From Vicugna vicugna (Eukaryota), in NCBI GenBank assembly GCA_013265495.1, contig MU058714.1, forward strand, positions 1,366,001 to 1,426,000: a DNA stretch of 60,000 nt, in the 5' to 3' direction. The position numbers and the translations under genes are program-made. Shown one piece after another: positions 1 through 13,466 of this stretch; within the stretch, counting starts at the first letter, position 1, and each line of letters opens with the position of its first letter. The notes below the pieces were generated by a model. The model was given only the letters and a program-made list of their open reading frames with translations. It ran no database searches and was not told the DNA's origin.

Positions 1-1799
1 GGATTTGGGTTAGCTCGGATCGCCGATTCACTAAAGAAAATTTCCAGGTAGAGCGAGGTCAGCTCTGCCACCAACAGGCTGCGTGGACCCTAAAAGGGCC
101 AAGGAAGTCACCTTTGTGTCTAGCAAAACATCATCATTCATCTGTCATCCAGCACTCGTCCTGCCTGAAGAGCCCCCACCCCACCTGCCTCCTATCATTG
201 ACCCGTGTCTCCTGCACAGCAGTTGGACCGCCTGAGTCAGAACCATCTGGGGTACTCACCGGTCGGGCCCACTCCCAGCCACTGTCCAGCACGGGATCTC
301 ACCTGGGGCCCCGAGAAGCCCTGCAGTGCAGTAACGCGCTGTTGGGGACCCGGCCATCGGGCGCCGTGCCCTCACTGCTCCCGCGGATGCAGAGGCCTGA
401 GCAGGGGCATGCTTTGCCTGAGTGCTGATCCCCCACCGAGCCCCAAAGGACAAGGCTCAGAGCGCCAGAATTATGGGAATGGGGGCTGTGCCGCTTTACA
501 GCACAGGAGTCCGGGGAGCAGGGTCCCCAAGCACGAGGCAACTTCTCCCTTTGGGGGACCAGCGAGATCCTGGCCACTTGTCTCAAGAACAGCTCCAAAG
601 GTGGGGAGGTGGCCCCGATCCCCCACCCCACGGCCATCCTCTCCTGCCTCTCCTTTCAGGCTCCCAAGGACCCCTTCTCCCAACAGGTCTCCAAGTCTGC
701 ACTCAGGACTCCCCCTTCCCTCACCTCTACTGTGTAAGAGACCCCAGCTGGAAGCACCCAAGAGACTCCTGCGCCCAGGCCACACAGCAAGAGACCCTGA
801 TGGGGGTGCAGGGATGGCTGAAGCACCCTCATCCCTACTGTCGCTGCTCCTAGCACTGGGGCTGCCGAAGTCCTAAACTGCACAGCAGACAGCATTCATG
901 CTAATGGTCTTTAGGGGCCCTCCTTCACCCAGGCCCCCTCCTCCCAGCCAGGAAAATTATTAATTCCCATCCGTCAAGTTTACTTCTGGTAAAGTTTGCC
1001 ATTAACTCGGCCAGCCAGGGGCCCAGAATAAAACGGGGAGGCAGGCAGAGGTCTGGGGCAGTCCTAGCGGGGGGTGTGGGGGGCATCAGGTGGAGACTCC
1101 ATGATCCTTAGGCGTCTGGAGGGCCGGGGGGATTAGGAGGCGGTTCCCCAGCCCCCACCCACCCATGGCAGCAGGTGGCAGGAGGGGACAAGGCTGCCTC
1201 AGCCCCCGTCTTCCTGCCAGCTTTGGCTGTGTGATGCTAAACTCTGTGTGTATGTGTGAGTGCGCTGTGCACGGAGGAGACGGGCTGGGCTGGGAGCCCC
1301 GGCCCTGACAGTGTCCACAAGTGGCCGACGAAGCTGACGGTCTGGACTCTAGGTCAGAATGGCAGGAGCTGGTGGCCGAAGATCGCAGGACCAGCAGGGC
1401 CAGAGTGTGTTTCAGCTTTTCCCGATACTCCGCCCCACAGTCCCCAGCCCTGGTCCTTCCTGCACTGTCTTTCCCTCTGTTGTAGGAAGCCAGGCCCCTC
1501 CACCTTCAAGGCTGGATTCCAGTCTCCCGCAGGCGTTCGTTCCCCCCTCTCAAGAGTCCGCTCTGGGCTGTGGCTGGGCCTGGAATGTTGCCGTCACGAT
1601 CCTGGCTTCTCCAAGTGGCCTGAGGGCTGTCTGTGGGTTGAGGAGGGGGAGAGGGGTGCAGAAGGAAACCAGGGAGACACACCCGCAGAGACTGTCTGGG
1701 CCCTCAGGCCTCGGCAGTGCACGCGGTGCCCTGCTTAAGCACACAGCGCTGGGACTGGACAGGTGGGCCCTCTCGAGGCTGCAGAAACAGACATCTGAT

Positions 1800-1810
1800 A
1801 CACACACACA

Positions 1811-1863
<53 letters not shown>
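1800..1863. repeat. (CA)n microsatellite, ~31 units with one interruption
   Basis: Seen directly. Confidence 0.98.
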
Positions 1864-1865
<2 letters not shown>

Positions 1866-4849
1866 CTACACGGCCAGAAGGGGGACAGCGGTGTGGCAGG
1901 GCTCCCGACGCGAGGGAGACCCCAGAGGCAACAGGCAGGCTGTTTCTGGACTCCCTGCCCGTTTGCCCACGGGATGGAGTTGGGTGGTGGGGGAAGCCAC
2001 TATGCCCAAGGTCCCAGGGTCTCAGGAGACAGTCCTGCCCAGCAGGCTTCCCCAGCCCACTGTGCAGCAGCCAGGGACAGAAGGGCAAGGCCTCGGAGTG
2101 ACTTTTCACCGCTTTTTAAAAGGCAGCCCAGAATGTCACCTCCTGCCAGCCTAAGGCCTTGGCCGCAACTCGTTTCCTCTGCGTTTCCTGCTACCCCAGG
2201 TCCAGTTTCATCTCCGCCACTCCCTGTCCCTCCCAGTGGAGGGGCTGCAGCCCTAACCCCTTCAATGACACCCTCTCCACCCCCTCTCAAACCCCAGAAG
2301 TACTTAGAAACATAAATTAAAATAAATCGCATTTTTAAATCGCAAAATAGGGGCCATTTTATAGTTTTTATTGCATAAGAGCCATTAATGAAGTGTAGTC
2401 CCCGCCACCTTAATTGCCTGGGGACTAAAGTTCAATTCCCGTGTCCGTGCAGGCCGGGGACCTGGGCGTCACATCCACGCACCTGGCGCAACAACAAGGG
2501 TAAATAAATTTATGGGCAGGATGAGGGGCTTCGGGGAGGTTCTGGAGGCTGCGTGGTGGAGCCCCTGCCTCCTGGGTGAGGGGTCAGGGGTTCCTGGAGA
2601 CTAATGGACATGGAGAGGCCTCTCCGCCTGCCCCTCCCGCCTTCCTGACCATGGAGGGAGAATGGGGAGACGCCAACCCAGGCTGGACAGTGTGAGGGCC
2701 CCTGGCTGCCCCACTACACTCACCCCCACCCCCCAGTGACACAGGAGCAGAACAGGACCAACTGGGTGAGGCCGACGCAGGGAGGCCCTGACCAGCTGTC
2801 CCGCCTGGCTTTCCCCCAGCCCCTCCTGGGCACGGCCACGGCCACTTTCCTGGGCTTCCTGCCCCACTGCGGGAGGGGCCAGGATGGCCAGGGTCCCCTC
2901 CTCTTTCCACGGCATGCAGCAGGAGTCCAAGGAGTTGAAGCTGGAGGATCATATGTGTAGTGAGCCATCGGTGTCCCCCACCCAAACCTCCCTGGCCAGA
3001 CAGGTGGACCCGCAACTGCTGGCCGCTTTGAAGCCACTGATCAGCCCTATGGGTGGGGGAGCAGCATTAGGGAACAGGACTACATGCCCAACAGAGTGCA
3101 GAGGCCAGCAGGGGCCTGACTGCCCACGGAGAGGGGCCAGACTCCCTCCCCAGACCACTCATCCCATCCCCCAGGGCCCAGGCCCATTAATCTTTAACTG
3201 CCTCTGGTCTAGAGCTGACCCCAAAAGCAAACAGGGGTAGGATTCCAGGAGAAGAGACACCCCAGTGAGGGGTCGCCCGGAGGGGCTGGGAGCGGGGATG
3301 CAGCTGGGGAGGGGATGCAGTGGCGGTGCGGTAAAACGCTCCCTCTTGCCCCCACCCCTACCGATGCTGGAGGAGACCACTACTCCCCAGTTCAGAGAGC
3401 TGCGACCTTTCCCAGGGGCGATGGGGGCTGGGGCAAGGCCCCAACCGGAGGCAGATTTGGGAGCCAGACAGAGGTTTTGAAGGCCGAGGTGGGGGGGCTG
3501 GGGCCAGAGCAGGGGAGGTGGTCCTCTGCCTGAGGGCAGAGGCGTCCCTGGAGAAAGCAGGGGAGGGGGCGCTTCCTCCAGAAATCCGCTGGGCTATTGT
3601 TATGCTTTCCGAGACCAGGGAATTTTTCCAGGAGGTTGTGACAACCCAAAATAATAATAATAACGCCCCTCCCCCAGCAGCAGGAATTCTGGAAAAAACA
3701 GCTGCTGCCGCTCTCGGGCCGAGAGAAAAACAAGGTCAGGCGCTGCGAAGATTTAATTTAAGGCGCGCACCCGCAGCCCGCCAGCCACGCACCGGAACGC
3801 ATGTCGCCCTCCCGGCGCGGGGCGCGGGGTTCGCGGCCGCCCGGGCGCCACGTGGAGCGCCTGGCGGGAGGACCCGGCGCTCGGGCCGGAGATCGGCCCG
3901 GGGAAGTGCGGCCCGCACTCGGAGCTGCCTTCCGCGCCCTTCCCCCTCCACTGGGGACGGCTAAATCTGGCTTCAGCAAACCACTCACTAAATGGGGGAG
4001 GGGGAGAGGAGAGGAGGACGTCGCGGTCGGGAGAATAGAGCCCGACCTTAATCAGAAGTGACAGCAGAATGGGCCGCGGGCGCTGGCGGGCCGGGCCCGG
4101 GCAGGGCTACTCAGGCCCCATCCCCCCTCGGTCCTCCGCTGGCCGGGAGGGGCTGTCGACAGCCGGGCGCGGAGAGGACGGCCTCTGGGGCCGGCTGGCC
4201 CCGGACAGTTCTGCCCGTGACGCCCGCTCCCCACGGGCTGCGGCGGGTCCCGGCGTCAGCTCCTGCGGCCGCCCTGGGCGCGCCCTCGCCGTCCAGGCGG
4301 GCGCGGGGCAGCCCCAGCGGGAGCGCAGCTGTTTTGCACGAAGTGGCGCGATGAGCCTGCTCCGTTCTCGCTGTCCTGCCGAGGCCCTGCCAGGGCAGAG
4401 CGCGCCGGGCTTTCCGAGGGGCGCCTTCTCCATCCCACCCGCGCCGCCTGGGGAAGTTGTCCGGAGCCGAGGCGGGCAGAGGCTTCAGCTCCCATGGGCG
4501 CCCCGAAGGCCCCGAGCCCCCAGAGCCAGGCTGGGCATTTCAACTTTTCCAAGGACCCCGAGGACTGGGGGCTCCAGGCCTTCGCTTGGGAAACGGCTCC
4601 GCGTGCACACGGCTGGCGAGGCCTGCGGGCGCGGAGGGGGGCTGCCGGGCGGCCGGAGCCGGGAAGGTTGGGCCCGCTGCTCCGTGGAGTCCCCCCTCCC
4701 GCCAGAGGGGCTCTTCCCTGACCACCCCCTCCCGGAGTGAGTTCCAGTCTCTCCCGCATTGGTCAACAAATAATCCTCGGTATTTCCCAAACTGAGGAAG
4801 GAGCCTGGACGAAGCGCAAGGGCAGAGAGAGGAGGGGACAGGGCCGAAC

Positions 4850-7800
4850 CCTTTGTGTTTTTTTACTTTAAAAATTATATATTTAATGTCACAATCGCTT
4901 TTCGTTAAGACCACAAACATCCAATTTGGCTTGGCGTAATAAAATCAGCTGGAGCTCCCTTAAACGGAGCCATTCCCGTGAATTAAGTTGTGAAATCTAA
5001 TCTATTATATCCATAAAGGAGAATGCTTTCATTGTAAATTCAGGTTATAAAGAAACTATACCTGGGCCGCCAGCCTCCCTTTCCGATCTGCTACTTGAAG
5101 CCTTATCAAATTACTTCAAAATGTTGGGCTACCCTCTCGTATCTCATGGCAACAGAAATTAAATGTGGCAACATTTCTTTTAACAGTAAGGAAAGGTCAG
5201 AAACAACCGCCACCACAAGGAGGTATAATTAAAAAAGACCCCCCCCACCTCTCCCTGCGTTGGGAAGCGAGTTTACTATTTTCCCAATTAATTCGAATTT
5301 ATAAAACAATCTAAACGGGCCAAGCCTTCCTTCATCTTCTCTCCCGCTCCAGCTGGTGTTGGGCGAAGCTACTGGGTGGACCGAACGGGCCTCAAGAAGG
5401 GTGCAGAGACCTCGGGGCTCCGCCGGAATCTGCACTGGAGGTCCTCACCGGCAGCCTGCGCACCTGAGCAGGAGAAGGAGTCCTCGCAAGTCAGGCTGGC
5501 TCTCGGCTCTGTTGCCTGGCCCGAAGGCCAGGACACCACTTGTCTCAGCAGTGGCCAGGCCAGACAAAGGAGTCGCCAGCGAGGGGTTAACCCCCCCCTT
5601 CCCACATACGCCCTTCTCCATCCTCCCCACCACACCCTCGTAAGGCAGCCTGGAATGGGGAAAGCACCAGTGCACGAGTATTTATTTAGCAAACCCCACT
5701 GCAAACAGGGTAGGGGTATTTGCTGCCCTTCCTCGGACAGGGGTCTTGGGCCCCCGTCACTCGTTGTGCAGACCACCCCTTTACCCTAGGACATCTCCAT
5801 CCATTTCTGAGAACTAACTGACCCCAGGGTTGGGCCGGGAGCCTCGGCGCTGGCCAGAAGTCGAGGCCCAGAGCATTCTGTTCCTCGTTCCCGAAGAGGA
5901 GTGCTAGGGGGCGGCAAGGAGGCGATCGGTGAGTCTCCAAATTCCCAGGTAAGGGCAGGACACAGCAATTGTCAGGCCCGCCAAGATTTACGAGGCGCCG
6001 GTGGAGTGTCGGCCAGGCCTCGCAGCGCACCCCATCTAACCTTTGATTTCCGTCTAATTATCTTTTTCCTGCCACTTTCAACTCAGTGTCCGGAGAAGTG
6101 AACAAAGGGAAGAGGACGGGGATGGGGCCGCCAACCAGTGGCAAGGGGTTGGTCCAGGGTCTACCCCCAGGATAGTGGGGGTCCCACAACACCCCAGGCT
6201 CAAGCCCTGCGTGGGCCCCCAGGAAGGCGAAGGATGAAGGGTGACCAGGCTGGGGCTAGGACCACGGCGGGACTCGCTCTCCAGCTCGGCTGGGCCAGGA
6301 TGGGCGCTGAGACACCCAAAAGGAGTTCCAGGCCCCAAGCCGTTGGCATCGCACCTCGGGTGTCACAGGAGAGAAGAATCCTTGTTAACGCCCTTGGGCC
6401 ACGGAAGGAAGCAAAAACACTTTCCCCTAAACTGCAATTTAGGGCAGCAGGGAGGCAGAGGGAAGCTGGGCTTTTCTCCTCGCACGGAAAAAGGCGCGCC
6501 CAAACGGGTAGAAAGAGAGAGGTTTGCATTTTTCATGTTAAAAAAAAATTCCAAAATGGAAAATGATTTTAGTGGTCACCACCCATAAGTCAACTAAAAA
6601 CAGGGGTAATTAGAGTGTGGGGAATTCGGGGGACCATAAATCTTCGGTGCCTTTTCCACTGGAATCGGGAGCCTTTTATGGCTTACTGAGTTTTATTTCG
6701 ACAGAAGTGAGGTCCGGGGCTTTGGTGGATGCGGGTCGGTGTCGGAAGCGCCAGCCACTCTGGGGAGAGCGGGGACGCGCACAGCGAGGACACCGGGGGC
6801 CTCTCGTCTTGTCCCGGGAAGGTGGAAACCGAAACTACGAGCTTCACCCCGAGGAGAGGCCTTTCCCGCCCTCGGGGCCCCGCACTCCCCAGCCGGGTTA
6901 ACAGGGCTCGGGACGAGCTGGGGAAGCTCTCAAGGGCTGGGCACTGGTACAGATCCCAGCTCGGCAGTGGACTCCTTTTCTTCCCAGCCCAAACTCCAGT
7001 GAGAATACTCCGTTGTGGGCGGGAGGTGAGGCAGTTTTACAGACAGCCCCATCTGAGCCCCTAGCCCATTCTGTCCCTTTCACTTGGTCCCTTTGTTCTA
7101 ACTTGGGGGGTGGGGAGAAAAGGTCACAAATCACCCCCTCCTCTTTAACCATCAAATCCCTAATTTTGAGTCTTCCCCAAACGGCAGGGAATACATTTCA
7201 CTCCATGGGGGATTTTTCCCCACCGGGTGGAGACCAGATTACCAAGTTCCTACCTATCTAGGTCTCTTCCTTTCCTGAAAGTCTCCTAATAAAAACATCC
7301 AAATCCAAACATCACCTAAAGCCCCATTAACCAGGTAAGAAAATGAGGAGAAAAAGATCGCGTATTTTCTCTTTAAAAGCGCACCCTTTCCTTCAACTCT
7401 CTCCAGCCTTCCCCTCTGTTGTAAAGACTGTCCCACCCTAACAACGGGGGCGAGGGGAACTACAGGTTCACATTCAGAAACCATTCTCGGAAGACTTCTT
7501 TTGTTTGAAGTGGGCATGGGGGAGGGGAAGGAGCCCGCCCCAGGCCGGCTGCCTGGCCTCCCCAATCCACCCCCAAAAAACAAAGCCCATGGGCCTCCCC
7601 TAAACGGCAGGTCCGGGGCTCGGGGAACCAACTACAGGACAAGGGGAGCTGCCCGCCCAGCGTGAGACCAAGGTCAGGTCTCCCCATCGCGAGTTTCCTC
7701 CGAACCTCCCTCAGAACTGACCGTTCCCGCTGCAAAATCCCCAGGTGGTTCCAAGGGGGAAAGGGCGGGAAAGACTGCCCAGAACAAAGCCCCATCGCCC

Positions 7801-8747
7801 CAGCTCTGAGGCCGAGGAAGGGCACATGGTCTCCTCGGCGAACTAAATGGAACCTGGAGAAAGGGGACAAACTTTTCCAAAGGGGTAAAAGGGGTGCGTT
7901 CCGAGCCCCGAGGTGGAGTAAAGGACGGTCCTCTGGCCGAGGCTGCAGACACAGCCTGGGGAAGCGTCCGCTCCGCGTTCAGCGGCCCTCCCTGAGCCCC
8001 GCAGGAAGACACGCTTGCAGCGAAAGGCTCTTACATACCAGCCGGGTTTTTATTAGTTCCCTATCCGGAATGCGCTCTGGGCGCGCGGGAAAAAAGGAAA
8101 ACGCACGTACCTGGCGGAGCTCCGAGGGCGGCCTCGCGGGCCCGCCGCTGGCAAGGGGGCCCCCAGAAGCCACTCCCCGCCCGGCCGGTCGCCCCACGGC
8201 CGGTCCCTCCCTCCCCGGCGACGCACCCCGCCGAGCCAACTCTCCAGGAAGCGCGAGGAGCTTCCTGTCCCGGCGCCGCATTCGTCTTCCAGCGCCAGGG
8301 CCTGCTCCTCCTCCTTGGAGGATCCCCACGGCCCGGCAGACCCGGAGAGGAGCTGCGCGTCCCGCCGCTGGACTGCGGCTCCGCCTGCAGGTCCAGACCG
8401 GGGCCCGGGCGCGTCCTCCTCCTCACCGGCTCCGACCTTCCCATGTTCCCGGCCAAGCTGCGGAGACGGACGCGGAACCCTCGGGGAAGACGAGGAGGCG
8501 GAGGCGGCCGCGATCCGGGCAGAAGCCCGGGGGCGGGAGGGGTGCTGGGCGGAGGGGCGAGCGGGATCCCTGCGCCCCGCGGCCGCCGCCCTCCAGGGGC
8601 GCCCGGCCCCGCCCCCGCGGCAGGCCCCCGCCCCCGCCGCCCCGCCTCCGCCGGGCACTGAGTCCTCCCCCTCGAACACCCCCGCTCCCGCTCTCCCTGC
8701 CTTAAACCCCTCGCCCCCTCGCCCCCCCCCCCCGCCCCCCCGTTCCT

Positions 8748-8781
<34 letters not shown>

Positions 8782-8940
8782 NNNNNNNNNNNNNNNNNNN
8801 NNNNNNNNNNNNNNNNNNNNNNNNNNNNNNNNNNNNNNNNNNNNNNNNNNNNNNNNNNNNNNNNNNNNNNNCCCACCCCACCCCTTCCGCGCCTTCCCGC
8901 CTCCCCCTGCCAGCCGGCGCCCGCCCTCCGCCGCCGCTCC
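4850..8940 (-). ncRNA. Candidate lncRNA, probable ortholog of RENO1 (regulator of early neurogenesis 1); boundaries approximate
   Basis: Synteny recalled from mouse/human (CpG-island lncRNA tens of kb upstream of Bahcc1); minus-strand donor CAG|GTACGT at 8111/8110 and acceptor ttgtcccctttctccag| at 7854/7853; no credible ORF. Confidence 0.4.
8782..8871. other. Assembly gap (90 N) preceded by a C-run region (8721-8781)
   Basis: Seen directly. Confidence 0.99.
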
Positions 8941-9035
8941 CTTTGTCTAGGCCACGGGCGCGAACCAATGGGATAGCGCGGAGGCGCGGGCGGTGCGCGT
9001 CTGGGCCAATTGGCGGGCGGGGCGGGCCGTGAGGG
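8940..9035 (-). promoter_or_regulatory. CCAAT/GC-box promoter, probably firing leftward
   Basis: CCAAT 8965, CCAATTGG 9006-9013, GGGCGGGGCGGG 9015-9026; a minus-strand donor lies downstream at 8110. Confidence 0.5.
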
Positions 9036-11239
9036 GAGGTGCCGCGGCACGGGGATCCTGCGCTGCAGAGCGGTGTCTGGTGGGCCTGCGCCCGTGCCCC
9101 ACAAGCGTGTGGCTCCCCGCCCCAGCCGCCTGAGCTCTTCGAATCTGCCCTCCGCTGTCCAGAAAAGCTTTCCGGAGTGGGGAGGGGGTGGGGTGACACC
9201 GCGTGGCGACCTCGGGGGCCCAGGGGATTTGGTTAAGAACCGCCCGTCGCATCTCTCTGGGACTTGCAGAGAAATGCAGCACCGGAAGAGAAAGGAGGGT
9301 TCTCTGAGAGCCTCCCGGAGCCCCGGAGGGAGGTGCTTGCTGCTCAGGGGCGCCCCCCGCCCCTAGCTAGTTCCCATGGGATGGCGTTGGGGCCCAGGGG
9401 CCAGTCCGGGCGGCAGTGCTTGCCTGGTGGCTACCTCAGGAGCACCTCTAATGAGAAGTGGCCCCTAGACCCCCTGGGCTAGGTCAGACTGAAGAGGAAA
9501 AGCCGGCGCCGAGGGACTCAGATCGGGAGCTTCCGCAGCCAGCCAGGGTTGCACCGCCTGCTACTCTTTGCACCCTGCCCAGAGGCGGGGTTCTTCCTAG
9601 CTTACCTGCAGGAGGGGATCAAGGCGAGAGGCTCTGCCAGTGCCCTCACTTGAACCCTGTGGGGATGAGAAGGATTCTGACTCTTGTATTGCTTCCCTGA
9701 TGCCTCTTGGGAGAGGGGGGAGGTGATAAACCGCCTTGGGGACGCCAAATTGTTAGTTCCCATCTTTTCCTTAATGGAAACACAGAAAGCAGGCTGCCTT
9801 GCTTCTGGAGGAGAATTTGTGCCGACTCCAGTCCTGCACCTTCCTTGAAAGCAGCAGACAGGGTCTGTCTTATTCCATGAGAGGGGGAGCCACATCATGT
9901 GGTCAGCTGCAGTCCTCAAGGGAGGGTGGCTTCCAAACTTTCCTTGGTTTCTAAACCTCAGCTCAAAATTTAATCACAGGTAGAGTAGAAACCAGAGCGG
10001 AACAACCAGCGATGGTTCTTTTTGAAAGCATGGGGCGTAGAGACCTTCCAGGAAGGGGCTTCCCTGCAGGGTCCTGTCCGTCCAGGGGCTCGCTGATCCT
10101 ACGTGAGTCGGGTTCCATGTCACAAACGTCCTGAGACCTTCCGGTTTGGCCTGAGGATTCTCGGTCCCCACATCACGAAAGCTGCTGCTACCAAAGTCAC
10201 AATCCAATTTCCCATTGCTAAAGCCACTAGACAGTGACCTCCAAGGCTCCACCTTGGAGTTCCCCCCTCCAAGAGTGACAGGGATCCTGAGCCAGGCCCC
10301 CAGGGGCCAGTAGGAACCAGGAGGCAGCAGGCAGTCCCCACCGACAGGTCCTAGGAAATTCTGCTCTCGGGGACTAAGCACCTAAGGACTGAGAACTGAA
10401 GGGCTTTAGGTGCCTCGAAGAGAGAGAATCGAGATGGTGGTCCAGACACTCCTAACAGCCTACGTCCCCATCTTCCATGCCTGGAAATAACAGAAAAATT
10501 TAAAAATCCACTATAACCAGGAGAACATGAAGGGCACCCTTGTGGGCCAGGAATCCTGGGGGTCGGGGGCTGTTGCTCTGGCTGGAGAGGAGCAACTGCT
10601 GGCAGGTGACGGTGGCGTAGAGGCAGCAGCCGAGGGGTCTGGGGAACCATCGGGGTGACCCACAGGGGTATCTGTGGTAAGCCCCACCCCTGGCTGTGCG
10701 AAGCAGCAGGCAGTGGACAGAAAAGGATCCTGTTGGTAACACCTAGCAGAACAGGGAGTCTCATGTCCCCAGAGTGGTCACTGAGGCCCCTGGCAGCCAG
10801 CTGGACCCTCCACACAGTCTGGAGACCACTGACTACTGACAAACAGGGACCCTTGCGTACGAAGAGGAAGCAGCACCAGGCACCACACAAGAAGGACTTG
10901 ACCCGAGGCAGGGCCAAGATTGCACTTCCACCCCCTTCTCCCAAATTCCCTAGCAAGTAGGTGTGGCTGTGTGAGCTGAACGTCAGTGGGTGTGACTGGC
11001 ACCTCTCCTGTGCCTGGACAAAGCATTTGGGCCTGGACGGTGACAACCCTAGTGACTCAGGAATCTGTGTGTTGAGGATGGCCAGTCACCATCCTGCAGC
11101 CAGGACCCTTGAACAACTACAGGAGTTGAGACCATAGTCAAACTGGAGCCCTTGCCGTGTGCTGTACAGAGAGAAGTCCGCTGCCCTGTTGTTGGGGCTG
11201 TTCCACCTGAAACAAAGGGTCTGGACGTTGGAGCAATTT

Positions 11240-11830
11240 AACTGAACTGTGCTTGGTTGAGTCACTGATTCCAGTTCTCTCCCCTGCAGTAGAATTTCAC
11301 ATCTCCCTCCTTGCCATGGCCTCCAGGTGGGACATACTTCTCCACCCTGACTTCGGGCTTGGCAGTGTGACTCCCTTGGGCCAGTGGGTTGTTGGCAGAA
11401 GTGAGGTGAGAAGAGGCTCAGCATACGCCCACTTGATCGGCCTCATCCATGGGAAGACAGTGTTCCTGGAGGAGTGGGGAGCAGACCACATACTCATGGG
11501 AAGCCATCCGTCCAAGGAGGGTGAAGGAGCCCCGGAGCAGACCAGACGTGCCCCACATCCACTCTCAGAGCAGTGATGGTGAGCGTCAGTGATGTTTAAG
11601 CCATGGAACCTTGGAGTGGTTTGTTATGCAGCATTGCTGTGGCAACAGCTGACTAATACGCCCAGCCTAACTAAAACAGAAATGGATGCCCAGGGAGCTG
11701 GTGTGACCAAACCCTAAAATATTTGGTGTTAGCTTTAGTGGTTGGCTTGTGGATGGCAGGGAAACGGATATGGCCAGCTGGAAATAACAACACGCTTCCC
11801 TTGTTATGCCCCAGCTAAACGCTTGGAAAA
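11240..11830 (+). mobile_element. MLT1 (MaLR) LTR plus adjoining internal fragment
   Basis: LTR 3' end tttaagccatggaaccttggagtggtttgttatgcagcattgctgtggcaacagctgactaatac (~11660), then MLT-int-like acagaaatggatgccc...ccctaaaatatttgg. Confidence 0.75.
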
Positions 11831-11988
11831 ACTAGGGAGGTGACAGGGAAGAGCCAGAATGTGAGTGAAAAAAAATGAAAGTAAGTTTGAAGAGGTACTT
11901 TCCAAAAGTCAACTGAAGAATGCACCAAAACACAGTCAGAGACCAGAAGTTATAACGTAGGAAGGAAAAATTAAGAAACATGGGACTT

Positions 11989-12072
11989 GGGGGCGGGGTC
12001 TGGCTCAGTGGCAGAGCTCATGGTCCTGGGTTCAATCCCTAGTACCTCTATTAAAAAAAAAAGGGAGGGGGG
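11989..12072 (+). mobile_element. tRNA-derived SINE (vic-1-like) with internal deletion
   Basis: A box tggctcagtgg, B box ggttcaatccc, A tail, degenerate TSD aagaaacatgggactt/aaggaacatgcaacat. Confidence 0.85.
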
Positions 12073-12439
12073 AAGGAACATGCAACATAAGCCCACAGTT
12101 TTTTGCATTCAGTTGTGAAAAGGAATTGCAAAGGACAGAGGCAGAGGAAAGGAGGCTTCAGGAGAGAATACAGGGGAACAGCCCTGGGCGGGAAAGGACA
12201 CTTTAGCACACAGAGTTGAAAGGGATCAAAGAAAAGCTCCCAGTGGGGAAAAAAATGTTACCTCAAAAAAAAAAAGAAAGAAAGGGCTAAGCCTGCCATC
12301 AGACGTCAGCAGTGTTGGGTCCAGACAGCGGAGGGGCACCCTCACAGTTCACAGGGAACATGACGTGAACCTGTGATTCTCCACCGGGCCGAACAGCCAT
12401 TCGCCTGGAAGGGAAAACAAACACTTTTGGGGGGGCGTG

Positions 12440-13040
12440 CCAAGTGTGAGGAGAGTTTCTTTCCAACGAATACCATTCAAAATAATTACTAGCTTATACA
12501 CTGTAGCAAAATGGAAAACGCATCCAAGAGGAAGACGTGGGCTACAGGGAGCCAGCGAAACTATTTTTATCAGGGGACGCAGGCTGGAAAATACTCTCAG
12601 CAGTCTGGGAGGAAAATCCGGGTGATCTCATCCCGGGCCGAGGAGGGGAGAGGAGGGAAGTAAAACTGGAAAGTGGTGTGTCTCGTTCGTAGGGACGACC
12701 GAGGTATTTGCTTAACTCTGGATGTGGGTGGGGAAAGCTAGGTTCAGACGCGCAGGTTAGAAAAATATAAGTAACTGCTGGATAAATAGAAATAGGAAGT
12801 AAAACTTCCAAACCGCTAGAAGAAAAAATTTGCACAAGGACATCTTGACTCTTCTGACAAAAGCAGGAAGCAGGCGCGGGCGGCGGGCGGGGAGACCAGC
12901 AGGAAACAGGTAAAGAGACTGCAGTCAGACCCCAGGACTAGGTTTAAGTACGACGGTCATCGCCGTCAGTGCTGATGAGGTACAGTCTTGCATTAAAAGA
13001 TAGAGGCACTTGGGATAGGCGAAAATTCAACATCCAGACA
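12440..13040 (+). mobile_element. Ancient L1 (L1ME-like) inter-ORF region and ORF2 start
   Basis: atagaaataggaagtaaaacttccaaaccgctagaag and cattaaaagatagaggcac resemble L1M consensus; the element continues at 14553. Confidence 0.55.
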
Positions 13041-13466
13041 GGTGCCGCCAACGAGGCTGAGCCCCGACCGCGGCCGGTTCGGCCAGAGGTCCCTAAGCTG
13101 GGCCCGTGGATGGGATTGGGGTCTGGAAGCTGAGATGACACCGTGTCATCACGCCTGTCTTCTCTCTGGTCTCCCACTGCGATTTGGCATTTCCTTCGGC
13201 TATGCCCTCACTGGTATTTTCCAGCCACTCTGCAGTTATTGCAGGTATCCTGAAATGCTGTTTCTGTTCATCAGGACTTCAAAACTTGGGTCCTTATTTA
13301 GCATGTTAATGAGGAAGCACAAACACCGCGGTTTTCGTGATGCGGTCATACACGTATGCAGAACACACACAGGTCGTATACAGAGTTCGGCTATCATACT
13401 GCCATGTCATTGGTCCCCTTCATGACACTGTGTATCTAAGGAACCTTACTCTAAGAAGGGGTCCGC

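Larger units (their letters stand above)
3720..9550. promoter_or_regulatory. Extended CpG-island domain (densest at 3720-4800 and 7600-9550)
   Basis: CpG-rich throughout and free of recognisable interspersed repeats. Confidence 0.8.

Noticed and set aside
1359..2315. 318-aa ORF with HTHT repeat
   Set aside because: The repeat is the (CA)n microsatellite; no other coding signal
8721..8781. Long poly-C as a biological i-motif/G4 element
   Set aside because: Adjacent to the assembly gap, so its length and sequence are unreliable
7662..9199. Overlapping 200-350 aa ORFs on both strands
   Set aside because: Stop depletion typical of CpG islands; several read through poly-C and the N gap
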